Shown: positions 29,084 through 39,694, counted from the first letter of the stretch. The stretch is 64,000 bases of DNA from an uncultured Anaeroplasmatales bacterium (GCA_964478425.1 CAYZIB010000001.1:15100-79099), one strand, 5' to 3'. The notes: generated by a model not told the origin, from the sequence alone. A program made the numbers and translations.

Positions 29084-29851
29084 ATGAAAATATTATTTAT
29101 AGGCGACGTATATGGCGATTTAGGAAAAGAAATACTTAAAAAAAATCTTCCTTATTTAAAAGAAAAATATAATTATAATTTGTTAATTGTAAATGGTGAA
29201 AATGCAAGTAAATATGGTAGAGGATTAAATTATAAAAGCTATAAAGAGTTTATGGAAATGAAAGTTAATTTAGTTACACTTGGTAATCATGCATTTTCAC
29301 AAAATGATATATATGATTTTATAGATAATTCAAATGTTATTAGACCAGCAAATTTTTATAATGTAAATGGAAAAGGATATCACATTATTAATTTTAATGG
29401 TAAAAAAGTTTTAGTAATAAATATTATGGGTAGAACTATGATTAATTTTCCATTAGATTGTCCATTTAGAACTGTCGATGAAATATTAAAAAAAGAAAAA
29501 TATGATTATGCTATAGTAGATTTTCATGCAGAAGCAACAAGTGAAAAAATTGCTATGGGTTGGTATTTAGATGGGAAAGTGAATGCTGTATTAGGTACAC
29601 ATACCCATGTTCAAACCGCAGATTTAAGAATACTTCCTAATAAAACAATATATATTACTGATGTTGGAATGACAGGTCCTAAAGATGGTGTTATAGGTGT
29701 TAATAAAGAAATTATTATAAATAGATTTATTAATGGCATGTCAAAACAAAATTTTCCAGAACAAGGTTTAGGACAATTAAATGGAGTTATATTAGATTTT
29801 ACAGATAAATTTAATCCGAAAGCTGAAAGAATTTCTATTATAGAGGAATAA
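29084..29851 (+). CDS. ymdB: YmdB family metallophosphoesterase (2',3'-cyclic-nucleotide 2'-phosphodiesterase)
   Basis: 'ILFIGDVYG', 'NGENA', 'GNH' and 'GTHTHVQTAD', in the position after rny. Confidence 0.9.
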   Translation: MKILFIGDVYGDLGKEILKKNLPYLKEKYNYNLLIVNGENASKYGRGLNYKSYKEFMEMKVNLVTLGNHAFSQNDIYDFIDNSNVIRPANFYNVNGKGYHIINFNGKKVLVINIMGRTMINFPLDCPFRTVDEILKKEKYDYAIVDFHAEATSEKIAMGWYLDGKVNAVLGTHTHVQTADLRILPNKTIYITDVGMTGPKDGVIGVNKEIIINRFINGMSKQNFPEQGLGQLNGVILDFTDKFNPKAERISIIEE

Positions 29852-29905
29852 TTATATTCATTTTGCATATATTTTAATATAACAAGTGAATATAAAGGAG
29901 GAAAT

Positions 29906-30166
29906 ATGGAAATTATTAAAGTATCAACAACATCAAAACCTAATTCAGTTGCAGGTGCACTAGCTAATGTTTTAAAAGAACAAAAACAAATCGAAGTACA
30001 AGCAATTGGCGCAGGAGCTATTAATCAAGCAATAAAAGCCGTAGCAATTGCAAGAGGTTATGTTGCTCCAAGTGGGAAAGATTTAGTTTGTATACCAGCA
30101 TTTTCAGATATCTTAATTGATGGAGAAGAAAGAACAGCAATTAAACTAATTGTTAAGGCTGAATAA
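29906..30166 (+). CDS. spoVS: Stage V sporulation protein S
   Basis: 86 aa with 'MEIIKVSTTSKPNSVAGALA...QAIGAGAINQAIKAVAIARG'. Confidence 0.95.
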   Translation: MEIIKVSTTSKPNSVAGALANVLKEQKQIEVQAIGAGAINQAIKAVAIARGYVAPSGKDLVCIPAFSDILIDGEERTAIKLIVKAE

Positions 30167-30234
30167 ATAGGGTTAATAAACCCTTTTTTATTTGTGTTTT
30201 AAAAAATATATAGTATAATATTAATGGTGATTTT

Positions 30235-31659
30235 ATGAAAATAGATAATATAATGCCAAGTTTAAATAATGCTAGAAAAAGATCAAAAGAACTTGTAAAA
30301 GAATTTGATTTTGTTTTAGATGATAAATTAAAGAATATTGGCGAAGGAAAAAAATATAGTGTTCAAACTTATGGATGTCAAGGAAATGAAGCTGATTCAG
30401 AAACTATATCTGGAATATTAGAACTTATTGGATTTTCTAAATCTGATACTGATGATGCTGATATAGTTATTTTAAATACATGTGCAATAAGAGAAAATGC
30501 AGAAAATAGAATTTGGGGAGAGTTAGGTAGACTAAAATCCTTAAAAAATAATAAAGAATTATTAATTGGTATATGTGGATGTATGCCACAAGAAGAAGTT
30601 GTTGTAAATAAAATTATTTCAAAATATCCTTATTTAGATTTAATATTTGGAACACATAATATATTTAGACTACCAGAATTAATTAAAAAAAGATATGATA
30701 CAAAAAAAATGGTTGTAGAAGTTTTTTCTAAAGAAGGAGATATTTATGAAAATATTCCGAAAATAAGAGAAAACAAACATAAAGCCTGGGTTAATATAAT
30801 GTATGGATGTGATGAGTTTTGTACTTATTGTATAGTTCCATATACAAGAGGAAAAGAACGATCTAGAAGTCCTAAAAAAATAATTGAAGAAGTAACTTCT
30901 TTAGTTAAAGAAGGATATAGTGAAGTAACACTTCTTGGTCAAAATGTAAATGCATATGGTAAGGATTTAATTTATTCAAATTATACATTTGGTAATTTAT
31001 TATATGATCTAGATAAAACAGGAATAAAAAGAATTAGATTTACAACTTCACATCCTCGCGATTTAGATGATTTAACTATTAATGCTATTAAAGATTGTAA
31101 ATCAGTAATGCCACACATTCATTTGCCAGTTCAAAGTGGGAGTACTGATATATTAAAAAAAATGAACCGTAAATATACAAAAGAAGATTATTTAATATTA
31201 GTTGATAAATTGAAAAAAGCTGTTCCTGATATTGCAATTACAACTGATATTATAGTTGGTTTTCCAAATGAATCAGATAATGATTTTTTAGAAACATTAG
31301 ATTTAGTAGATAAAGTAAATTTTGAAGGAGCATTCACATTTATTTATTCAAAAAGAGAAGGAACACCTGCTGCTAGATACGAAGATTTTATTTCTCCAGA
31401 AGTGAAAAAAGAAAGGTTATATAAATTAAATGAAAAAATTAATTTAGGTTATCTAAATGGCAATAAAAGGTTTTTAAATAAAGTTGTATATGTTTTAGTT
31501 GATGAAATATCAAAAAATAATCCTGAATTTTTGCAAGGATATTCTGAACATAATAAACTAGTTAATTTTAAGGGAGATCCAAGTTTGATTGGTAAAATTG
31601 TTCCTGTATTAATTACAGAAGCTAAAACTTGGTTTTTAATTGGTAAATTAGATGAATAA
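30235..31659 (+). CDS. miaB: tRNA-2-methylthio-N6-dimethylallyladenosine synthase MiaB
   Basis: UPF0004 'YGCQGNEADSE', radical-SAM 'GCDEFCTYCIVP' and a TRAM C-terminus. Confidence 0.93.
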   Translation: MKIDNIMPSLNNARKRSKELVKEFDFVLDDKLKNIGEGKKYSVQTYGCQGNEADSETISGILELIGFSKSDTDDADIVILNTCAIRENAENRIWGELGRLKSLKNNKELLIGICGCMPQEEVVVNKIISKYPYLDLIFGTHNIFRLPELIKKRYDTKKMVVEVFSKEGDIYENIPKIRENKHKAWVNIMYGCDEFCTYCIVPYTRGKERSRSPKKIIEEVTSLVKEGYSEVTLLGQNVNAYGKDLIYSNYTFGNLLYDLDKTGIKRIRFTTSHPRDLDDLTINAIKDCKSVMPHIHLPVQSGSTDILKKMNRKYTKEDYLILVDKLKKAVPDIAITTDIIVGFPNESDNDFLETLDLVDKVNFEGAFTFIYSKREGTPAARYEDFISPEVKKERLYKLNEKINLGYLNGNKRFLNKVVYVLVDEISKNNPEFLQGYSEHNKLVNFKGDPSLIGKIVPVLITEAKTWFLIGKLDE

Positions 31660-31951
31660 AGTTGATGAATTAATTTTAATGTTAAATAATGATATTTCAT
31701 TAATAGAATATAAGAAATTTGAAAATATTATTAATAATGATGAATATTATATAAATTTAATTAATAAAATTAAACAGGCTCAAAAAAAATATTTAAATAA
31801 TAAAACGATAGAAAATAAAGAAGAATTAGAAAAATTAAACGATTTATTTTATAACGATATCAATATATCAAGATATCTTGAATATATTGATGATTTGAAT
31901 AATAAAATTCAAACCGTAATAAATATAATTAATGATTCTATAAAACAATGA
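31652..31951 (+). CDS. ymcA: YlbF/YmcA family protein (RicA-like)
   Basis: A 99-aa helical protein in the ymcA position between miaB and cotE. The sequence resemblance is weak. Confidence 0.5.
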   Translation: MNKVDELILMLNNDISLIEYKKFENIINNDEYYINLINKIKQAQKKYLNNKTIENKEELEKLNDLFYNDINISRYLEYIDDLNNKIQTVINIINDSIKQ

Positions 31952-32046
31952 AGTACAAATATTTTAATTTGTACTTTTTTATTTTCATATAATGAAATGT
32001 CATTTATTTTTTTTATACATATAATAAATGTAGGAGGTGTTCTAAA

Positions 32047-32568
32047 TTGGAAGAAATTCGTGAAATAGTTACAAAAGCTGTTATATCTAAAGGAAAAAAA
32101 CAAATCAATATAACAGATGAAATAAAATTAGAAAATAAACCATATAGTGTTCTTGGATGTTGGATTATTAATCATAATTTTAGTGCTAAAGAAAATAATG
32201 ATATAGTAGTTGTTTCTGGAAATTTTGAAATTAATGTATGGTATTCATTAGATGAAAATAAAAAAACTGAAGTGGTAAGAAAAAATATATCATATGAAAA
32301 AGAAATTTATACTAAACAAATTATTAAAGAATACATAGAAAATAGTAATAATATTTTAGTTAGAGTTTTGAAAAGTCCTAAATGTAATGATGCAAAAATA
32401 AATGGTAATAATATTTTAATATCAGTAGAATTAGAATTAGTAGCAGAAATAATAGGAGAGACGAAAATGCAGGTTACAGTATTTAATGAACCTGAAATTT
32501 TTTCAGAAGAAGATGATTTTGAAAACCAAATAAATGAAGATTTCTTAGAGGAAAATAAGGTGGAATAA
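32047..32568 (+). CDS. cotE: Outer spore coat morphogenetic protein CotE
   Basis: 'EIREIVTKAVISKGKK...SVLGCWIINHNF...INVWYS...ELELVAEIIGETK' with an acidic tail. From memory it is collinear with B. subtilis CotE. TTG start after AGGAGGTG. Confidence 0.9.
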   Translation: MEEIREIVTKAVISKGKKQINITDEIKLENKPYSVLGCWIINHNFSAKENNDIVVVSGNFEINVWYSLDENKKTEVVRKNISYEKEIYTKQIIKEYIENSNNILVRVLKSPKCNDAKINGNNILISVELELVAEIIGETKMQVTVFNEPEIFSEEDDFENQINEDFLEENKVE

Positions 32569-32582
32569 TACCACCTTTTTTA
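32557..32582 (+). terminator. cotE terminator
   Basis: Stem AAGGTGG/CCACCTT spanning the stop codon, followed by T6. Confidence 0.65.
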
Positions 32583-32752
32583 AAAGTTTATTGTGTTGTT
32601 ACACACTTTACTTATAAATTTTTAGACAAAAAAAGATTAAATGTCCTTAAAAAGGTATATCTATGCAATTTTTTAAAAAAAAATTAAAAAAACTATTGTT
32701 TATTAAATAATTTTATTTTATAATATTATTAAGAATGTGTGGAGGTGTTTCT

Positions 32753-34411
32753 ATGAAGTTTTTAGATCGTGGGAGTATTTTAAATATTAATGGAACTAAT
32801 ATGACAGTAAGTGAAGTTATATCTATTTTAAAAAAGGTTCCATCATATGAAATTGTTGAATTATTTGGTAAAAATAATAAATTACTTCCTCGTACTGCAA
32901 GAATGAAAGTTTTAAAAAATTTATTAAATGATGATGTACAAAAAACAAGAATTAGAGGTGTTAATTTATCTGATGAAATTAATTACCGCTTAAATTGGTA
33001 TAATAATTTTTCTGAATATCAATTGTGTGAACTTATCCCTTTATTTTCAAGTTGGGATGAAAAATTAGAAGAATATTATTTAGAAGATATTTGGTTAATG
33101 CTTTTACAAGTTGCAAATGAAATGGGAGTTACTGATGAAGAATTAACTAACTTAATATTAAAAGCAAGTAATGCGCCAGTAGTACCACTTGAAACAAGTA
33201 GAGACTTTAATAAAGGAATTGATCCGTTATTTTATGATTATTCAGGATGCTTAGATGGTATTACAATTGGAACATTTAGAGATTGTTTAATTAACAGTTC
33301 TACATTAGTTGAATTAAGAGAAATTGGAAAAAAATATAATGTTAATGTTCCAAGAAGAATAAAAAAAGAGCAATTAGTTGAAATTATTTTAGATAATATG
33401 GATAAACAAGATGTTCTTGATCGTGAAAAAGTTAAAGAATCATTAATGGATAAATCAGTTATACAATTGCAAAGATTTGCTAAAGATAATAATATAAAAG
33501 CATCTGTTGAATTAAAAAAAGAAGATATTATTGAATATATTATTTCAAATTTAGAATTTGATACTACTAAATTAGAAAAAGTAATTCAACTACCTGTTAT
33601 AAATATTACACCAAGATTCTTATTAGTTGATGCTTCTAAAAAATATATGGTTGAAGCTGAAGAAGAAACTGCTACTGAAGAAACATATGAAGAAGTATTA
33701 GAACCAACTATAGAAGAAGAAAAAGTTGAAGAAGTAGCTGAAGAAGTATTAGAACCAACTATAGAAGAAGAAAAAGTTGAAGAAGTAGTAGAAAAAGTAG
33801 TTGAACCTGTTACTGAACAAAAAATTGATAATACAGATATTAAATCATTAACTGAAGCTATTAATGGTTTAAAAGATGAAATTGCTAAATTATTTGCATC
33901 AATTGAAGTAGTTGAAGAAGAACAAGAACCAGAAACTAAACAAGATGATAATCAAGATGTTGTTGAAGAATTAGTAAAAATTCAAGGACAAGTTGAAGAA
34001 GTTAAAGAAAAATTAAATAAAAAAGAAGAAGAAGTAAAAGGAATCAACGAATTAAATCCAACAATTGTTGAATCATTTAAAAATGATACTTCTAAATCAT
34101 TATCAAATGATGAAATGAATACATATGTTGAAGAAACTGTAAAACAATCTCCAAGTGATGAATATTGCAAAAGAGAATTAAAATTCCAACAAGAATTTAA
34201 CAAAGTTTATGCTAAACATCCAGTAAAATCATTTTTTAAAGCTATTTTATGGTTAGTATATTATTTAATTTTAATTGCAATTGTTTTAGGAGTAGTGTTT
34301 GTAGCATATTATTTAGTTGTTGCATTTACAAATTTAGAAGCACCTACAAATGAATTTTTAAGAAAAATATTTGATTTCGTTGATCAATATTTAAATTTAA
34401 CTAGTAAATAA
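32753..34411 (+). CDS. Hypothetical tail-anchored protein with two Rho_N/SAP-like motifs, an acidic repeat linker and a C-terminal TM helix
   Basis: ATG 32753 follows GGAGGTG. Motifs 'LVELREIGKKYNVNVPRRIKKEQLVEIIL' and 'VIQLQRFAKDNNIKASVELKKEDIIEYII'. Glu-rich region with a duplicated 17-aa unit. TM helix 'ILWLVYYLILIAIVLGVVFVAYYLVVAF'. Confidence 0.6.
   Translation: MKFLDRGSILNINGTNMTVSEVISILKKVPSYEIVELFGKNNKLLPRTARMKVLKNLLNDDVQKTRIRGVNLSDEINYRLNWYNNFSEYQLCELIPLFSSWDEKLEEYYLEDIWLMLLQVANEMGVTDEELTNLILKASNAPVVPLETSRDFNKGIDPLFYDYSGCLDGITIGTFRDCLINSSTLVELREIGKKYNVNVPRRIKKEQLVEIILDNMDKQDVLDREKVKESLMDKSVIQLQRFAKDNNIKASVELKKEDIIEYIISNLEFDTTKLEKVIQLPVINITPRFLLVDASKKYMVEAEEETATEETYEEVLEPTIEEEKVEEVAEEVLEPTIEEEKVEEVVEKVVEPVTEQKIDNTDIKSLTEAINGLKDEIAKLFASIEVVEEEQEPETKQDDNQDVVEELVKIQGQVEEVKEKLNKKEEEVKGINELNPTIVESFKNDTSKSLSNDEMNTYVEETVKQSPSDEYCKRELKFQQEFNKVYAKHPVKSFFKAILWLVYYLILIAIVLGVVFVAYYLVVAFTNLEAPTNEFLRKIFDFVDQYLNLTSK
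33690..33791 (+). repeat. Tandem 2 x 51-bp in-frame direct repeat
   Basis: Units 33690-33740 and 33741-33791 are identical except for the last two bases (GCT vs GTA). They encode EEVLEPTIEEEKVEEVA/V. Confidence 0.9.
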
Positions 34412-34437
34412 AAAAATAGATTAAAGTTGGTGTTAAA

Positions 34438-37008
34438 ATGAAAAAGAATAGTAATAATAAAAAAGAACCAAAATATACACCAATGATGGAGCAGTATTTA
34501 GAAATTAAAAAAGACTATTTAGATACAATAGTCTTTTTTCGATTAGGAGATTTTTACGAAATGTTTTTTGATGATGCTATATTATGTTCAAAAGAATTAG
34601 AAATAGCATTAACCGGAAAAGATGCAGGACAAGAAGAAAGAGTCCCAATGTGTGGAATCCCATATCATGCTGTTGAACCTTATTTAGAAAAATTAATTCA
34701 AAAAAATTATAAGGTTGCCATTGTTGAACAAGTAGAAAATAAACAAAATGAAGATAGTAAAATCGTAAAAAGAGAAGTTGTAAGACTTGTTACTCCAGGA
34801 ACAATTATTGAAGGAAATAATTTAGGAAAAGATAATAATTATTTAGTTGCAATTATTGATAATAAAACTGATTATTCACTTTCTTTTTGTGATTTATCTA
34901 CAGGTGAAATAAATGTTACTACCATATCTAAAGACGATTCAGAATTAATTAGTGAATTATTAGTTTTAAAGACAAGAGAAATAGTGGTTTTTGATGATTT
35001 TAATAAAAAAATATTATCCACACTTAAAAAGAATTATCAAATTGTTGTTTCTTATTCAAAAGAATATGAATTAAGCCCTATTTTTAGTTATATTGTTGAT
35101 GATTTAAATCAAATTGAATATAAAAATGTTTGTGGTTTATTAATTAATTATTTGATTAAAACTCAAAAAAGAGCTTTATCACACCTAAAAAAAGCAAATA
35201 TTTATAATGAAAGACAATATTTAAAAATTGATTATTATTCTAAGAAAAATTTAGAAATAATCCAAACTGTAAGAAATAATCAAAAATATGGTTCATTTTT
35301 CTGGCTTTTAGATAAATGTGAGACAGCAATGGGTTCTAGAATGATGAAAAGATGGATTGATTATCCACTTTTAAATAAAGATGAAATTATTAAAAGATAT
35401 GATTTGGTTGATAAACTAAATGATAATTTTATTATAAAAGAAGAAATTAAAAATTCTTTTAAATCTGTTTATGATTTAGAAAGAATTGTTGGTAGAATAT
35501 CTTATGGTAATTGTAATGCTAAAGATTTAGTTCAATTAAAAAGATCATTAAAAAATTTACCATTACTAAAAGATAATTTAAAAAAATTAGATACAAAATT
35601 ATCTATTGAATTATCTTCATTTAATGAACTTAATGAATTATATGAATTACTAGATAAAGCAATTTGTGAAGATCCACCTTTATCAATTAAAGAAGGTGGA
35701 ATAATCAATAGTGGATTTAATAAAACTTTAGACGATTTAAAAAATGCAAGCCAAAATGGAAAAAAATGGTTATTAGATATTGAAAAAAATGAAAAAGAAA
35801 AAACTGGAATAAAAAATTTAAAAATAGGTTATAATCGCGTTTTTGGATATTATATTGAAATATCAAAGGGAAATCTTGATTTAGTAAAACCTGAATTTGG
35901 TTATGAAAGAAAACAAACGATTGCTAATAGTGAAAGATTTATTACAAAAGAATTAAAAGATGTTGAAGATATGATTTTAAATTCTTTAGATAAAAGTATT
36001 AAATTAGAATATGAAATTTTTTGTTCAATAAGAGAAGAAACATTAAAATATGTAAATGATTTACAAAAAATTTCAGATGTTATAAGTGTAGTTGATTGTT
36101 TAATATCTTTTTCAATTATAAGTTTAGAAAATAGATATGTTAGACCAAATATTAATGATAATAATGAAATTACAATTATTTCAGCAAGACATCCTGTAAT
36201 TGAAAAAATTCAAGAAGGTATTTTTATTGAAAATGATATTTATTTAAATAAAAATTATAATTTATTATTAATTACAGGTCCTAATATGAGTGGTAAATCA
36301 ACATATATGCGCCAATTAGCATTAATAATTATTATGGCTCAAATTGGTTGCTTTGTTCCTGCTGAATCTGCTAATTTATATATTTTTGATCAAATATTTA
36401 CTCGTATAGGTGCAGCAGATGATTTAATTAGTGGACAATCAACATTTATGGTTGAAATGCTTGAAGCAAATTATGCTTTAAAACATGCAACTACAAGATC
36501 ATTAATTTTATTTGATGAAATAGGAAGAGGAACAGCTACATATGATGGTATGGCTATAGCTCAATCAATTATTGAATATATACATGAAAAAATAGGTTGT
36601 GCAAGTTTATTTTCTACACATTATCATGAATTGATTAATCTTGAAAATTCGCTTAATAGATTAAAAAATATTCATGTTACTGCTAAAGAAGGAAATAATG
36701 GAATTGTTTTTTTACATAAGATAAAAGAAGGCCCATCTGATAAATCATTTGGTATAAATGTTGCAGAACTTGCTAAACTTCCTAAATCATTAATTAGAAG
36801 AAGTAAAGAATTATTAGATCTATATGAATCAAATAATAAAATAGAAATAAAATCAGATTTATTTAATTTTGATAATTATGAGATGTTTGAAGAAGAAAAA
36901 AATGAAGTTACAAATCCTATAATTGAAGAATTAAATAATTTGGATTTAGAAAATATAACTGCAAAACAAGCATTAGATATTTTATATGATTTAAAAAATA
37001 AATTATAG
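34438..37008 (+). CDS. mutS: DNA mismatch repair protein MutS
   Basis: 'TPMMEQYLEIK', 'GDFYEMFFDDA' and Walker A 'TGPNMSGKSTYMRQ'. Confidence 0.98.
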   Translation: MKKNSNNKKEPKYTPMMEQYLEIKKDYLDTIVFFRLGDFYEMFFDDAILCSKELEIALTGKDAGQEERVPMCGIPYHAVEPYLEKLIQKNYKVAIVEQVENKQNEDSKIVKREVVRLVTPGTIIEGNNLGKDNNYLVAIIDNKTDYSLSFCDLSTGEINVTTISKDDSELISELLVLKTREIVVFDDFNKKILSTLKKNYQIVVSYSKEYELSPIFSYIVDDLNQIEYKNVCGLLINYLIKTQKRALSHLKKANIYNERQYLKIDYYSKKNLEIIQTVRNNQKYGSFFWLLDKCETAMGSRMMKRWIDYPLLNKDEIIKRYDLVDKLNDNFIIKEEIKNSFKSVYDLERIVGRISYGNCNAKDLVQLKRSLKNLPLLKDNLKKLDTKLSIELSSFNELNELYELLDKAICEDPPLSIKEGGIINSGFNKTLDDLKNASQNGKKWLLDIEKNEKEKTGIKNLKIGYNRVFGYYIEISKGNLDLVKPEFGYERKQTIANSERFITKELKDVEDMILNSLDKSIKLEYEIFCSIREETLKYVNDLQKISDVISVVDCLISFSIISLENRYVRPNINDNNEITIISARHPVIEKIQEGIFIENDIYLNKNYNLLLITGPNMSGKSTYMRQLALIIIMAQIGCFVPAESANLYIFDQIFTRIGAADDLISGQSTFMVEMLEANYALKHATTRSLILFDEIGRGTATYDGMAIAQSIIEYIHEKIGCASLFSTHYHELINLENSLNRLKNIHVTAKEGNNGIVFLHKIKEGPSDKSFGINVAELAKLPKSLIRRSKELLDLYESNNKIEIKSDLFNFDNYEMFEEEKNEVTNPIIEELNNLDLENITAKQALDILYDLKNKL

Positions 37009-37019
37009 GATGTGATTAT

Positions 37020-38822
37020 ATGAATGATGTTATTAAATTACTTTCAGCAAACATGTCAAATATGATTGCTGCTGGAGAAGTAATTGAAAGACCAGCATCA
37101 GTTATAAAAGAATTAATTGAAAATTCACTAGACGCACATGCTACTAAAATTGAAATAAATTTAAAAGAATCAGGAATAACTGAGATAATTGTAGTAGATA
37201 ATGGAATAGGAATGAGTAAAAATGATATAAAAATGTCACTTAAAAGACATGCAACATCTAAAATTAATCAAGAAAGTGATTTGTTTAATCTTAAAACATT
37301 AGGATTTCGTGGAGAAGCAATACCTTCAATTGCATCAGTCAGTTTAATGAGTATTGCCTCTAAAAATGCAGAAGTTGGTTATGAAGTAGTTGTTAAAGCA
37401 AGTAATATCATAAAAGAAAATGAAATTGCTATGAATACTGGTACAATAATTAAGGTTAATCAATTGTTTTTTAATACACCAGCAAGATTAAAGTATTTAA
37501 AATCAGTTAATACAGAATTATCAATTATAAGTGATTTAGTTATGAAATTTGCACTTGCAAATCCTAATGTATATTTTAGATTAACAAACGATAAAAAAGA
37601 AATATTTAAAACAAATGGAAATAATGATCTAGTAAGTTTAATAAGTCAATTTTATGGTTTTGAATTAGCTAATAATTTACTTAAAATTGATAAATCAGAA
37701 ATTGGATTTAAAATAAATGGGTATATTTCAAATTCAAAAATTTATAAATCTAAAAAAATATATATAAATTTTATTGTTAATGGTAGAATAATAAAAAATT
37801 ATATTTTAACTGAAAAATTAATAAATTGTTATCAATCATTTATTCCTGTTATGAAATATCCTTTTGCATTGATTTTTATAAATATTGATCCTTTTTTAAT
37901 TGATGTTAATATCCATCCAACAAAAAAAGAAATCAAATTTTCAAACGAAAATAAAGTATATGAAATATTAGAAAAAACAATTTTAGATGCATTATATAAT
38001 TATAATCCTCTTATTAATGAAACAATAGTAAATAATAGAAATTATGAATCAGAAAAAAAAGTAGATACACCAATTTTTAATAATTTTAATTATGATAAAA
38101 TATATGGGGATTTTTCTTCAGATAGTTTATTAGAAGAAAAAAATGAAGAAGAACAAAAATTTGAAATAAAAAATAATATAGAAGAAAAAAACAATAATAA
38201 TTTAAATAATAAAATAAATGATCTTATTTCTAATCCTAAAAATAAAATTCCTTTTTTAGAATATATAGGGCAATATAGAGGAACATATTTATTATTTCAA
38301 GACGATGAATCATTATATTTAATTGATCAACATGCAGCTCAAGAAAGAATAAGATATGAATTATATTTAAAAGGTTTAGAAAATATTAAAAATGAAAAAC
38401 AAGATTTATTAATACCAGTAGATATTGAAGTTGATCCTTCTGAATATATTTTTATAAAAGATAATTTAGACAAGTTCAATGATCTTGGAATTGAAATATG
38501 TGAATCTGGAATTAATAGTTTTTTTATTAGAAGTGTTCCTTATTGGCTTAAAGATGATATAAAAGAAAATATAAATAATTTAATTAATTTTATTTATGAT
38601 AAGAAATCTTTGAATATAACTTTATTTAAAGATGAAATTGCAAAAAAAATGGCTTGTAAATCTTCAATAAAAGCAAATCAGTATGTAAGACAAATCGAAG
38701 CTTTAAAATTAATAGAAGATTTAAATAAATGTAATAATCCTTTTAACTGTCCACATGGTAGACCTGTTTTTATTAAATTTAAAAATTATGAAATAGAAAA
38801 AATGTTTAAAAGAGTAATATGA
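37020..38822 (+). CDS. mutL: DNA mismatch repair protein MutL
   Basis: GHKL ATPase 'IAAGEVIERPASVIKELIENSLDA' and 'DNGIGM', with the C-terminal endonuclease motif 'DQHAAQERI'. Confidence 0.97.
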   Translation: MNDVIKLLSANMSNMIAAGEVIERPASVIKELIENSLDAHATKIEINLKESGITEIIVVDNGIGMSKNDIKMSLKRHATSKINQESDLFNLKTLGFRGEAIPSIASVSLMSIASKNAEVGYEVVVKASNIIKENEIAMNTGTIIKVNQLFFNTPARLKYLKSVNTELSIISDLVMKFALANPNVYFRLTNDKKEIFKTNGNNDLVSLISQFYGFELANNLLKIDKSEIGFKINGYISNSKIYKSKKIYINFIVNGRIIKNYILTEKLINCYQSFIPVMKYPFALIFINIDPFLIDVNIHPTKKEIKFSNENKVYEILEKTILDALYNYNPLINETIVNNRNYESEKKVDTPIFNNFNYDKIYGDFSSDSLLEEKNEEEQKFEIKNNIEEKNNNNLNNKINDLISNPKNKIPFLEYIGQYRGTYLLFQDDESLYLIDQHAAQERIRYELYLKGLENIKNEKQDLLIPVDIEVDPSEYIFIKDNLDKFNDLGIEICESGINSFFIRSVPYWLKDDIKENINNLINFIYDKKSLNITLFKDEIAKKMACKSSIKANQYVRQIEALKLIEDLNKCNNPFNCPHGRPVFIKFKNYEIEKMFKRVI

Positions 38823-39694
38823 AAAAAGTAATAGCTTTAATAGGTCCAACAGCATCATATAAAACATATTTTTCAATTAGAATTGCTAAAAGTTTTAATT
38901 TAGAAATTATAAATGGTGATTCTGTACAACTGCATAAAGATTTAAACATTGGTAGTGCAAAAATTACAAAAGATGAAATGCAGGGAATAAAACATCATTT
39001 ATTAGATATTGTTGATGCTGATTATGAGTTTAGTGTGGCGGATTATCAAAATATTGTAAGAAATAAAATTAATGAATTAGATATTCCTTTTATTGTTGGT
39101 GGTACAGGATTATATATAAAATCTGTATTATATAATTATGAATTTACTGATGAAAAAAGAAATTTAGATTTAGAAAAGCAATATGAAAATTATACAAATT
39201 TAGAACTGTATCAATTGTTACAAGAAAAAAATCAAAAATTAGCAAATAAATATCATATGAATAATAGAAAAAGGATTTTAAGAGCATTAGAACTTTCGAA
39301 TTCTGATGTAAAAAATAAAAAAGATGAATTATTGTATGATGCGCTTATTATAATGCTTGATATTGACAGAAATAAGTTATATGAAAAAATTGATTTAAGA
39401 GTAGATAAAATGATTAATGATGGTTTAGTTGATGAAGTAAAGGAATTAAAGAAAAAAAATATTTATGTAAATGTTATTGGCTATAAAGAAATATATTCTT
39501 ATTTAAATAATGAAATTTCTTTAGATGAAGCAATTTTTTTAATAAAAAAAAATACAAGACATCTTGCTAAAAGACAATTAACTTTTTTTAATAATCAGTT
39601 TAAAAATATAGTTAAAATTAAATTTGATTATGAAAATATAGATGAAACTTTTAATAATTTACATAAATGTATTAAGAATTTTTTAGAAAAATGA
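38819..39694 (+). CDS. miaA: tRNA dimethylallyltransferase MiaA
   Basis: P-loop 'GPTASYKT', 'GDSVQLHKDLNIGSAK' and 'GGTGLYI'. Confidence 0.93.
   Translation: MKKVIALIGPTASYKTYFSIRIAKSFNLEIINGDSVQLHKDLNIGSAKITKDEMQGIKHHLLDIVDADYEFSVADYQNIVRNKINELDIPFIVGGTGLYIKSVLYNYEFTDEKRNLDLEKQYENYTNLELYQLLQEKNQKLANKYHMNNRKRILRALELSNSDVKNKKDELLYDALIIMLDIDRNKLYEKIDLRVDKMINDGLVDEVKELKKKNIYVNVIGYKEIYSYLNNEISLDEAIFLIKKNTRHLAKRQLTFFNNQFKNIVKIKFDYENIDETFNNLHKCIKNFLEK

Noticed and set aside
33690-33791. Direct repeats considered as a possible CRISPR array or minisatellite.
   Set aside because: There are only two units, directly adjacent with no spacers, in frame within a coding region.
35014-35022. A perfect DnaA box, TTATCCACA.
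   Set aside because: It is a single isolated copy inside mutS coding sequence. There is no cluster, no AT-rich unwinding element context and no dnaA/dnaN nearby, so a chance occurrence is expected.
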